Origin: Candidatus Omnitrophota bacterium
GTDB taxonomy: Bacteria; Omnitrophota; Gorgyraeia; Duberdicusellales; 4484-171
DNA length: 64,000 bases
NCBI GenBank assembly: GCA_014729775.1
Contig: WJJJ01000007.1
Location: forward strand, 30,302-94,301
Reading direction: 5' to 3'
A program made the position numbers and the translations under genes. This document shows positions 31,934 to 40,633 of the stretch, in pieces; position 1 is the first letter of the stretch; every line of letters starts with the position of its first letter. The notes under the pieces were generated by a model. The model searched no databases, was not told the origin of the DNA, and saw nothing but the letters and a program-made list of their open reading frames with translations.

Positions 31934-33231
31934 TGAGAAGAAACGGATCAGAGATTTTCTTTGAGGGTGTGATTTGGTTCCTTATCTTTTTCCCGCCTCT
32001 TTTCTCCGGGGGGCTTCCCTTTCTGCCCAGGGTAATCCTTTTCACCGTAATTTTTAGTTTAGTCCCGCTCGTATTGTTGCGCGCCGCAGTGCGGTCTGAG
32101 TGGAGTGTTTGTTTTCCCCGAGAAATTTGGATATTGGGGGGTTTTTTTGCGGTGTTGGTGTTCCAGCTCATTCCTTTACCTGAGGGAATGCTTGGATTTT
32201 TTTCTCCGGCAACGGCGGCTATTTACCGGACCTATGCAGCCGAAGTTTCCCCGCGGGTATTCAGCATAAGCATTTATCCGTATGTGACTCTTCTTGAACT
32301 GGTGTATTGGGCCGGGTATGCGGGGCTTTTCCTGGTGGCGGTCAATTTGTTCAATACGCGCAGACGTATGATGCGTGTGGTGTACGTGATGATTCTTTGG
32401 GCGTTTGTGCTCGGAGCGTACGGAGTGATTGAAAAGTATATCCTTGGGTGGAGTGCGGGGAGATTAACGTTCAGCACATTCGGGAATAAGAATCACTTTG
32501 CCGGGTACATGGTGCTTATCTCGCCATTGGCATTTTCATTTGCATTTTACGAAAAAGATCGGGCAAAAAAATTGGTGCTTGGGTTTCTGGGCGGACTGTT
32601 ATCCCTGATGGTATTTTTATCGTTTTCCCGGGCAGGGACGATCGCGCTTCTTGGCGCACTGGGTTTTATGGGGCTGTTGGTATGGCAGCAGTCCAAAACA
32701 GCCAAAGCAGTGGGCGGGGTGGTGGCTGCGGTTTTGCTGGTCGCGGGGTTGCTGTCGCTGGCCGGTATCGATCAATTTATTCAGCGTTTTTCGTCCCTTC
32801 CTTCCGGGTTATACACCCGAACGATGCTGTTCCAGGATGCCTTAGAAATTATCGGAGACTTTCCGCTTTTCGGAACGGGTGAAGGAACTTTCCGCTATAT
32901 TTATCCGATGTATAAGGATATTATTACTACGAGGTTTACTTACCATCTTCTGAATGATCATCTGGAATTGCTCTTGGAAACGGGTCTCGCGGGTGCCTGT
33001 GCGTATTTTGGGTTTTTGAGTGCGGTATTCGTCCGAATCGTCCGGAAGCTGTCCGAACGGAAAGATCCTTTTGCGAAGTATCTCGTGATCGGCGGCCTGA
33101 GCGGAACCGCGGGGCTTCTGTTCCATAGTTTTTTTGAATTCAATTTTTTTGTGCCGGCGGTGGCCTGTATGTTTTGGCTGATTCTGGGGATTACTTATAA
33201 AGGAGTGCATACGAGGTTCGCGAGGCAATGA
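31933..33231 (+). CDS. O-antigen ligase family protein (Wzy_C)
   Basis: Polytopic; TFGNKNHFAG, SFSRAG, FGTGEGTF, HLLND.LE and HSFFEFNF motifs. Confidence 0.85.
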   Translation: MRRNGSEIFFEGVIWFLIFFPPLFSGGLPFLPRVILFTVIFSLVPLVLLRAAVRSEWSVCFPREIWILGGFFAVLVFQLIPLPEGMLGFFSPATAAIYRTYAAEVSPRVFSISIYPYVTLLELVYWAGYAGLFLVAVNLFNTRRRMMRVVYVMILWAFVLGAYGVIEKYILGWSAGRLTFSTFGNKNHFAGYMVLISPLAFSFAFYEKDRAKKLVLGFLGGLLSLMVFLSFSRAGTIALLGALGFMGLLVWQQSKTAKAVGGVVAAVLLVAGLLSLAGIDQFIQRFSSLPSGLYTRTMLFQDALEIIGDFPLFGTGEGTFRYIYPMYKDIITTRFTYHLLNDHLELLLETGLAGACAYFGFLSAVFVRIVRKLSERKDPFAKYLVIGGLSGTAGLLFHSFFEFNFFVPAVACMFWLILGITYKGVHTRFARQ

Positions 33232-34202
33232 AGTGGAACGCGCAGCATAGGTGTGGGATCTGGGCTGCAGCCGCGTTTCTGTGTGCGGTATCCGCGGTGA
33301 CTTTTCTTGTTTCCTCTTACCGTGCCGCAGCGCTGTATGCACGGATCGACCGGGCGACCGTGCCGCAATTGGAACGGGAAAGGGTGCGGTACTATGCGAA
33401 ACTGGGGCAGTTGTTCGTCAGGGCAACCACGCTTCAGCCGTTGAATGCCGACCTGTTGGCCCGGCGTGCCGATTTTATTCTCCGTGCTGGGGTTTGGCTG
33501 AATGATCAGCGGCCGGAGGCCCGGCGTCTGCTGAGACGTGCCGTGGAGGAAAATCCCACCAATTTTGTGTATCATCTTAAATTGGGGATGCTGGCCGAAG
33601 AACAGGGCCGTTATGAGGCAGCCGAACGTTTTTACCGGCAGGCGATGTCGTTACACCCAACCGATTATCAGGGGTATTTTCGTCAAAGCGTATTGGCACT
33701 TAAACAGGGACGGCAGGAGGCTGCCTTTCGCAATTTTTTTACGGCGATGTATTGCGTCGGCGGCAGGCGAAAAAAACTGTTTATGATGTTTGATGAGCTC
33801 TCTGCGGCAAATCCGGAGAGGTCACGGTTATCGTTTCGGGAGGAAATCCGCCGCCGGTGGATAGAGTACCGGGTTGTGCCGCTCAAGGTGGCATATCATT
33901 TTGGCGCACACGGGTTTCCGTCCATCCGGCACTACGAGCGACCGGACCCGCAGTATCGCTATCTTTCGTTTGATGTGGATATCCAGGCGCAGGGAAGCGA
34001 AGCTGTCCACCGGATTACTTTTGAGAATCAGGATTCATTTGAACGGGAATTCTTGAGCCGGGATGACCGCTGGTACGAAGTCCGGCTCGATGAATTCCCG
34101 GCACGAACACCATTGAGTCAAAATGCGATTAAAACGTATCCCCCCGGGCTTATCGAAGAACTCGTTTTTGAAATCCGGTTTGAATATAAACTGCTAAAGT
34201 AG
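33228..34202 (+). CDS. Membrane-anchored TPR-containing protein
   Basis: N-terminal hydrophobic helix; TPR-like NPTNFVYHLKLG...AMSLHP. Confidence 0.7.
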   Translation: MKWNAQHRCGIWAAAAFLCAVSAVTFLVSSYRAAALYARIDRATVPQLERERVRYYAKLGQLFVRATTLQPLNADLLARRADFILRAGVWLNDQRPEARRLLRRAVEENPTNFVYHLKLGMLAEEQGRYEAAERFYRQAMSLHPTDYQGYFRQSVLALKQGRQEAAFRNFFTAMYCVGGRRKKLFMMFDELSAANPERSRLSFREEIRRRWIEYRVVPLKVAYHFGAHGFPSIRHYERPDPQYRYLSFDVDIQAQGSEAVHRITFENQDSFEREFLSRDDRWYEVRLDEFPARTPLSQNAIKTYPPGLIEELVFEIRFEYKLLK

Positions 34203-34205
34203 TTA

Positions 34206-34233
34206 TTGAATTTAGTCCAGAAATTGTTACAAT
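34206..34233 (+). promoter_or_regulatory. Probable sigma70 promoter
   Basis: TTGAAT-16 nt-TACAAT with extended TG. Confidence 0.55.
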
Positions 34234-34250
34234 AACTGCGCGGAGCGTAT

Positions 34251-34571
34251 ATGATCACATTTGAAGATTTTTCCAAGGTGAATCTGCGAACCGGACGCAT
34301 CGATGATGTGCGCAGCCACCCGCAGGCGGAACAGCTGTATTTGCTGACGGTTGATCTGGGAGAAAAAACGATCCAGCTCGTGGCCGGGCTGAAGAAATAT
34401 TATTCGCCGGATGAGCTTCGGGAGAAAAATATCGTCGTGGTCACTAATCTTGCCCCCCGAAAGATCAGGGGGGAATTGTCTGAAGGGATGCTGCTCGCGG
34501 CCCAATCGGGAGATACCGCGAGCATTCTCGCCCCGGAAAAACCGCTCCCGCCGGGAAGTTTGATACGGTAA
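34251..34571 (+). CDS. Stand-alone tRNA-binding OB-fold protein (MetG C-terminal/CsaA/Trbp111-like)
   Basis: ITFEDFSKVNLR, VDLGEK..QLVAG and NLAPRKIRGELSEGMLLAA motifs. Confidence 0.88.
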   Translation: MITFEDFSKVNLRTGRIDDVRSHPQAEQLYLLTVDLGEKTIQLVAGLKKYYSPDELREKNIVVVTNLAPRKIRGELSEGMLLAAQSGDTASILAPEKPLPPGSLIR

Positions 34572-34573
34572 CA

Positions 34574-34984
34574 GTGAATACGAGAGTAATTGAATTTAGT
34601 ACCAAGGGGAACACGCATATTTTGAATATCACTCCCGAGCTTGATCGAATTCTGCGGGAAGAAAACGTGCGGGACGGGATCCTGTTTCTTTCGGCCATCG
34701 GGTCGACCGGGGGAATTACTACTATGGAATACGAGCCGGGTTTGGAAAAAGACCTGCGCCAGACCTTTGAGCAGTTATTCCCTTACAAAACCAACTATGC
34801 GCACAACTCCACGTGGGCGGATGACAACGGTCATTCCCATTTGCGGAGTTCTTTCCTTAAAACCAGCAGTTTTGTGTCTGTGACCGGAGGGAAGCTCGAT
34901 CTCGGCACCTGGCAGCAGGTAGTTTTTATTGATTTTGATACGAGACCCAGAGACCGCAGGATCCTAGTGAAGATCGTGACTTGA
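34574..34984 (+). CDS. yjbQ: YjbQ/UPF0047 family protein
   Basis: EYEPGL, NGHSHLRS and LGTWQQV.FIDFD motifs. Confidence 0.88.
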   Translation: MNTRVIEFSTKGNTHILNITPELDRILREENVRDGILFLSAIGSTGGITTMEYEPGLEKDLRQTFEQLFPYKTNYAHNSTWADDNGHSHLRSSFLKTSSFVSVTGGKLDLGTWQQVVFIDFDTRPRDRRILVKIVT

Positions 34985-35020
34985 AGCAGCTCTTACCCCG
35001 TCGCACACTTCTTTGTATGC

Positions 35021-35866
35021 ATGAATCTTGCGCAGACAATTGAACGCACGCCCCTAGTCTTCCTTGACCTGGAAACAACCGGATTGGATGCAGAAAAGGG
35101 GGAATGTGTCTGTGAGATCGGAGCACTTCGCATCCGGGAAAGTTCCGTGAGCGAAACATTCCATACCCTGGTAAATCCGGGGAAAAAAATGCCCGAAGAG
35201 GCGTTTCGTATTCATAATATTTCGGATGAAGATCTCCGATCCGCTCCTTTTTTTCCGGATGTCGCCGGCAAACTTAAAGCTTTTTTGGACGGGGTGATCC
35301 TTTGCGCGTATAATGCCAGATTTGACGTCGGATTCCTGGATGCCGAATTCCGGAAGATCGGACTGCCTCTCTTATCATTGCCCATACTGGATGTCTATCG
35401 GATGGCCCGCCAGACGCTTTTGCTCGACAGATACACGCTTGCGGCGGTCGCGACTCATTTTCACATTGAGCCCTCCGGTGCGCACCGCGCGGTGGAAGAC
35501 GCGTCGGTGACGTTTCAGGTGTTTGAGAAAATGAGGGAAGCGCTTGCGCTGCAGGGGGTATGGTCATTGAAAGATTTTCTCACGCTGTTCGGTCTGCCCA
35601 ACAGCGTGTTCTTTGCGCTTCAGGAAAAAAAAGTAGCCTGCATGGCCGAATGCATAGAAAAAGATCAACCGGCGAAGGTCCGCTGGTTTTCCCGAAAGGC
35701 GGGAGTGAAAACCGAGGTCATGATACCATCACGCATTACGAAAGAGGAATGCGCTTTTATTTTCTTGTTCCGCGCCGCGGGCGGGAAAGAGAGCCGGATT
35801 TCCTGTGCCTATGTGTTGGATATCGAAAAAGTGCATTCTGCCGAAGACCGGGAAAATACGCTATGA
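35021..35866 (+). CDS. DEDDh 3'-5' exonuclease (DnaQ-like) with extra C-terminal domain
   Basis: FLDLETTGLD, AYNARFD and HRAVEDA motifs. Confidence 0.85.
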   Translation: MNLAQTIERTPLVFLDLETTGLDAEKGECVCEIGALRIRESSVSETFHTLVNPGKKMPEEAFRIHNISDEDLRSAPFFPDVAGKLKAFLDGVILCAYNARFDVGFLDAEFRKIGLPLLSLPILDVYRMARQTLLLDRYTLAAVATHFHIEPSGAHRAVEDASVTFQVFEKMREALALQGVWSLKDFLTLFGLPNSVFFALQEKKVACMAECIEKDQPAKVRWFSRKAGVKTEVMIPSRITKEECAFIFLFRAAGGKESRISCAYVLDIEKVHSAEDRENTL

Positions 35867-35954
35867 AGGAAGAATGTAATTTGGTACAATAAAAAGCGGA
35901 ATAATCGATGCAGAGGGCTAACGTCGCGCACGTGAGTGAAAAAGAGGAGGGAAG

Positions 35955-36437
35955 ATGGATGATATTTTGGAAATTCTGGAAACAAATGCCCGGGTTTCTC
36001 TCGAAGAGCTTGAGAGGCTCACCGGAAAAAAGAAAAAGGATATTTCCCGGGCGCTGAAAAAGTACGAAAAGCAGGGGGTTATTGTAAAGTACAAGACCCT
36101 GCTGAATAAAGAAAAACTGAAAGAAGAAAAAAGCGTAATGGCGATCATAGAGGTGCAGGTAAGTCCGCAGAAAGATGTGGGGTTTGACCGGGTCGCTGAA
36201 AGGATTTACCGGTTTCCCGAGGTGAAGTATTGCTATTTACTGTCGGGGACCTATGATTTGCTGTTGATCGTAGAAGGGAAAGATATACATACCGTGGCCC
36301 GGTTTGTGTCCGAGAAGCTGGCACCGCTCAGTTCAGTGAAAGGAACCGTGTCGCATTTCCTTTTGAAAAAATACAAGGAAGACGGCGTCACCCTGGTGAA
36401 GAATGAAAAGAATCAACGGCTGGCGATAACCTACTAG
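35955..36437 (+). CDS. Lrp/AsnC family transcriptional regulator (YugG-like)
   Basis: N-terminal HTH; RIYRFPEV..CYLLSGTYDL; FVSEKLA; HFLLKKYK. Confidence 0.88.
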   Translation: MDDILEILETNARVSLEELERLTGKKKKDISRALKKYEKQGVIVKYKTLLNKEKLKEEKSVMAIIEVQVSPQKDVGFDRVAERIYRFPEVKYCYLLSGTYDLLLIVEGKDIHTVARFVSEKLAPLSSVKGTVSHFLLKKYKEDGVTLVKNEKNQRLAITY

Positions 36438-36445
36438 GAGAAAGA

Positions 36446-37612
36446 ATGATTGCTGATCGCGTAAAAAATACTCCTCCCTCGGGAATCCGGGAGTTTTTTG
36501 ATTTAGTGCTGGGAATGCCGGAAGTGATCTCTCTCGGCGTAGGGGAACCCGATTTTATCACTCCCTGGCGGATCAGGGAAAAGGCGATTACCGCGCTGGA
36601 AGAAGGGTATACTTCCTATACATCCAATAAGGGGCTTCGGGTATTGCGGGAGGGGATCTCCCGGCGGATAAAGAAGAGGTATGATATCTCTTATGATCCG
36701 GACGAAGAAGTTTTGATTACCGTGGGGGTGAGTGAAGGGCTTGATCTGGCATTGCGCGCGGTGCTCAATCCGGGAGATGCGGTGGTTGTGGTCAGCCCGC
36801 ACTATGTCGCATACCCGGCATTAGTGGCGATGAATCACGGAAAAGTGCTGCCGTTGATTACCACCGAACAGGAACAGTTTAAAATAAATCCGGACCGGCT
36901 TGAACGGCTGCTGAAAAAGAATCCCAAAGCCATTATTCTAAATTATCCTTCGAATCCCACCGGCGCAACCTATCGGAGAGATGAGTTGCGCACACTATGG
37001 AAATACCTCCGAAGAAAAGATACCGTGGTCATTACCGACGAGGCCTACGAGGATATTTCTTTTGATGTCGCGCACACTCCTTTTGCGGTCCTGGATTCCC
37101 GGGCCAGAGATCGGACGATTCATCTGAGTGGATTTTCAAAAGGGTGTGCGATGACCGGTTTCCGGGTAGGCTACGCCTGCGCTTCTCAAAAGTTTATCGG
37201 TGCGATGACCAAAATTCATTCGTTTTCCATGCTGTGCGGGCCAATTGTATCCCAATTGGCGGGGATTGAAGCGTTGCGGACCGAAAAGGAGATCGCCCAA
37301 ATGACCAAAGCCTACCGCCGTCGCCGGGAATTTATGGTGAAGGAACTGAACCGGATCGGTTTGCCCGCACACATGCCCCAAGGCACGTTTTACTGTTTTC
37401 CTTCGGTATCGGCAACCGGACTCACCGCGATGGAGTTCGCCAAACGCTTGTTGTTCGAAGAGAAGGTTGCCGTGGTGCCGGGAACCGCGTTCGGGCAGGA
37501 ATTCGGAGAATATGTGCGAATGTCCTGTGCCAATACATTGGACAGTCTTAAGGAAGCGGCGATTAGGATAGAACGGTTCGTGGGAAGGGTATGCTGCGAA
37601 GGAAAAAGATAA
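36446..37612 (+). CDS. Class I/II PLP aminotransferase (YugH/AspC-like)
   Basis: SGIREFFD, SLGVGEPDF, PSNPTG, DEAY and GFSKGCAMTGFRVG motifs. Confidence 0.9.
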   Translation: MIADRVKNTPPSGIREFFDLVLGMPEVISLGVGEPDFITPWRIREKAITALEEGYTSYTSNKGLRVLREGISRRIKKRYDISYDPDEEVLITVGVSEGLDLALRAVLNPGDAVVVVSPHYVAYPALVAMNHGKVLPLITTEQEQFKINPDRLERLLKKNPKAIILNYPSNPTGATYRRDELRTLWKYLRRKDTVVITDEAYEDISFDVAHTPFAVLDSRARDRTIHLSGFSKGCAMTGFRVGYACASQKFIGAMTKIHSFSMLCGPIVSQLAGIEALRTEKEIAQMTKAYRRRREFMVKELNRIGLPAHMPQGTFYCFPSVSATGLTAMEFAKRLLFEEKVAVVPGTAFGQEFGEYVRMSCANTLDSLKEAAIRIERFVGRVCCEGKR

Positions 37613-37881
37613 AAATAGGGAAAAAATACATCCAAGGGTATCTTATCCCCCTGCAGAAAAACGTGTGTATCGTGTTGCGGGGATCGAACGGATACGTGAT
37701 GTGCGGTTACCTGGATATCCGTACGGCGAACAAGAGCCGAGAATGCGCCGTGAGGATATCGGGCGTCACTACCTTTGAGGAGGCGTTGAATGCGCGGGCT
37801 GAGTCGGTTTCCCGTGCCGCTGAATCAAGAGGGGTGAAGAAAAATCAGAGAATTCGCGAGATCCTGCCGCGCATCGTGTGA
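37591..37881 (+). CDS. YunC/DUF1805 family protein
   Basis: GYVMCGYLD and V.GV.TFEEAL.A...VS..A..RG motifs. Confidence 0.75.
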   Translation: MLRRKKIKIGKKYIQGYLIPLQKNVCIVLRGSNGYVMCGYLDIRTANKSRECAVRISGVTTFEEALNARAESVSRAAESRGVKKNQRIREILPRIV

Positions 37882-37902
37882 GAAACCTGCATCCCCGGAA
37901 TA

Positions 37903-40269
37903 ATGAAACGAAGAGTCGACAAGACGCTGTGGTTTGCGGTCTGCGGGATTGTGCTTCTGCAGGGATGCCGCCAATTCGGATTACTCGACAAGATCACCCA
38001 CGCCTATCGAACGGTCACTTCCCGGTACGAAGCCCGTCTCGAACGGAATCCCCGGAATGATTCTCTCCGTTACGAACTTGCACAGTTCTATTACGCTTTT
38101 CGTGATTACGACCGTGTCAAAACGCTTTTGCGGGGATTCGCGAAGGAGGACGCGCAGCGGCTGCTCGCGAACGCGCACGTCCGTACCGGGGAACATACTT
38201 GCGCGCTGGCGCTGTATGAGCGGTCTGGTGCCGGGAGCGACGACGAAACTTTATACTTGTACGCGCGCGCCTGCGAGGAAAAAAATTTATTCTCCCGCGC
38301 GCTGGCGCTGTATGAGAAAACCGGAGGAAAGTTCCGCGCAAAAGCCCGGGAACGGATTCTGAGGATCAGGTCTAAAACGGAAGATCATCCGCCGGAGAAC
38401 GTGATCGATCTTCTGGAACGCGAAAAAGAGTTTATTGACCGGTACCGAGAGCATCCGGTGATCGTTTTGTATTCCGATGAATCGATGACCGTTTCCTCCG
38501 ACGGCCGTTCCACGTTCATGATTCACCGGATTCAAAAGATCATGAACGAAAAGGGGAAAAACGAAGCCGAAATACGGATTGGATACGATTCCACGTACGA
38601 AACCGTTGAGTTAGAGTACGCGCGGACCGTTACTCCGGAGGGACGGGTGATTTATGCCGGAGAGGAACACCGGAGAGATACCGCCAAATATGCGCATTAT
38701 CCGTTGTACAGCAATGCCCGCGCGCTGATCGTGTCAATGCCCGCGGTAGAAATCGGCGCGGTGATCGAATACAAGGTGAAAATACGCGCCTCAAAACTTA
38801 TCGCCGGCGGAAATTTTTCTTTGTTTTACCGTCTCTATGAAGCGTTCCCGGTCGCGCAGGCGCGGTTTACTCTTTCTGTGCCTCCGGCGTTCTCTGTTTT
38901 TTTTGACCCGTGTCACGAACCGGCCGCCGCCGGCCGGTCCCTTCTTCCAGAAAAAACTCCTCAGCCGGGCGGGGTGCGCTATCGCTGGGAGTACCGTTGT
39001 CTTCCCCCCCTCCTGCCGGAAGAACGGATGCCACCGCTGGCGGACGTGGTTCCGGCAGTGCATATATCGACTTTTTCTTCCTGGGAACAGATATACCAAT
39101 GGTGGAGCGGACTGATAGAAGGGAAGTTCTCGCTTACTCCCGAAATGGAGCGGCTGGTGAGCGAACGCGCTCCGGCCACCCTCCCTCCCCGCGAGCGGGT
39201 GAAAGCTCTGTATGAGTTCTGCGCCCGGCAGATACGGTATGTTGGCGTTGAATACGGGGAGAGCGGATATGAACCTCACGCCGCTGCGGAAGTGTTTGAG
39301 AACCGGTACGGTGACTGTAAAGATAAAGCGGTGCTGCTGACGGCACTGCTGCGCGAAGCGGGATTCGAAGCGGCGCCGGTGCTTATCCCCACAAGAGAAC
39401 AGTACCCTCTCAACCGAGAATTTCCCTCGGTAGATTTTAACCACGCGATCGCGCTCGTCCGGATAGACGGGAAGGAGATCTATATGGATCCTACCGCGTC
39501 CACCGTTTCCTGGGGCGATCTGCCCCTGGATGATCAAAACCGCAACGTGTTGATTTGCGCCCGGGATTCCTATAGGTTTGGAAAAACCCCGCTCAGAAGT
39601 GAAAACCGCATGAGGTATAGAACGGAAATCATGTTCACTCCCGAGGAGCAGGCGCGATTTACCCGTGCCCTGACCGCGACCGGAAATTTCGCCGCCTACC
39701 AGCGGTTTTATCTCGAATACACCCATCCTCAGAAAGTCGAGGAGGACATCCGGAAACAAATATTGGAACTGAGTCCGTTCGCTACGCTGACCGGATATAC
39801 CGTCGAAAATAAAGAAAATTTGTCAAAGCCCCCCGTCATAAGGTATTCTTTTTATGCGCCGGCCGTATTGCAAAGTGCGGGACGGATGAGAATTCTCTCT
39901 CTCCCCGACGATATTAAAATCGACACGGGATTCGCGGGGAAAGAAGCGCGGCGGTTCCCGGTGGAGTTTAAAGGATTGTTCCGGAAATTTTCGGAAGTGT
40001 CAGTTTCTCTTTCCGACGGGATGAAAGTTCTGTCTGCGCCGAAAAACGTCCGGGTAGACACGCCGTGGTTCGTGTTTGCCTCCGAAACTGAACGGAGCGG
40101 AAAAGTGTTCCGTATTGTCCGGGAGTTTCGCGTCAAAACGACGCATGTACCGGTGGACCGGTATAAGGAATTCAAGCAGCGCCTCGCGGAAGTGTATGCG
40201 TTCCTTCGCGCCGGGATTATTTTGGAAAAAACGGAAAAAGATGGCGGGGAGAAAAAAGAAAAATTTTGA
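37903..40269 (+). CDS. Lipoprotein with TPR, DUF3857-like and transglutaminase-like domains
   Basis: Lipobox LQGC; TPR N-terminus; IRYVG, YGDCKDKA (Cys), FNHAI (His) and MDPT (Asp) catalytic triad. Confidence 0.85.
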   Translation: MKRRVDKTLWFAVCGIVLLQGCRQFGLLDKITHAYRTVTSRYEARLERNPRNDSLRYELAQFYYAFRDYDRVKTLLRGFAKEDAQRLLANAHVRTGEHTCALALYERSGAGSDDETLYLYARACEEKNLFSRALALYEKTGGKFRAKARERILRIRSKTEDHPPENVIDLLEREKEFIDRYREHPVIVLYSDESMTVSSDGRSTFMIHRIQKIMNEKGKNEAEIRIGYDSTYETVELEYARTVTPEGRVIYAGEEHRRDTAKYAHYPLYSNARALIVSMPAVEIGAVIEYKVKIRASKLIAGGNFSLFYRLYEAFPVAQARFTLSVPPAFSVFFDPCHEPAAAGRSLLPEKTPQPGGVRYRWEYRCLPPLLPEERMPPLADVVPAVHISTFSSWEQIYQWWSGLIEGKFSLTPEMERLVSERAPATLPPRERVKALYEFCARQIRYVGVEYGESGYEPHAAAEVFENRYGDCKDKAVLLTALLREAGFEAAPVLIPTREQYPLNREFPSVDFNHAIALVRIDGKEIYMDPTASTVSWGDLPLDDQNRNVLICARDSYRFGKTPLRSENRMRYRTEIMFTPEEQARFTRALTATGNFAAYQRFYLEYTHPQKVEEDIRKQILELSPFATLTGYTVENKENLSKPPVIRYSFYAPAVLQSAGRMRILSLPDDIKIDTGFAGKEARRFPVEFKGLFRKFSEVSVSLSDGMKVLSAPKNVRVDTPWFVFASETERSGKVFRIVREFRVKTTHVPVDRYKEFKQRLAEVYAFLRAGIILEKTEKDGGEKKEKF

Positions 40270-40633
40270 ACTGCGTTTTTACGAGGAACTCGCGGAAAAA
40301 ATTCCGCGGTTCCCCCACGTGCTTGTCTGTTTGGGCGAACTTTACACGCGGCAGGGATTTTACAGGGAAGGTCTTCGCGTAGATAAGCGGCTGGTGCGTC
40401 TCCGTCCGCGGGATCCGACGGTGCGCTACAATCTTGCCTGTTCCCATGCGCTGATGGGAAACATACCGGAATCATTTACGGAGCTGCGCCGGGCGGTGTT
40501 GTGCGGATATGAGGATTTCTCCCTGTTGCGGGAGGATCCCGATCTCGAGCGCCTCCGCGCATATCCGCCCTTCCGCGAATATATTACCCGGGCGTCGGTG
40601 TTGCTGGAAAGAGAAAAAAAGGGAAGCGATTGA
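40241..40633 (+). CDS. Small TPR protein
   Basis: LGELYTRQG...GL.VD.RLVRLRP.DP.V.YNLACS...GY...L..DPDL pattern. Confidence 0.8.
   Translation: MAGRKKKNFELRFYEELAEKIPRFPHVLVCLGELYTRQGFYREGLRVDKRLVRLRPRDPTVRYNLACSHALMGNIPESFTELRRAVLCGYEDFSLLREDPDLERLRAYPPFREYITRASVLLEREKKGSD

Noticed and set aside
38791-39759. 322-aa minus-strand ORF
   Set aside because: Antisense shadow of the transglutaminase gene with no recognisable motifs
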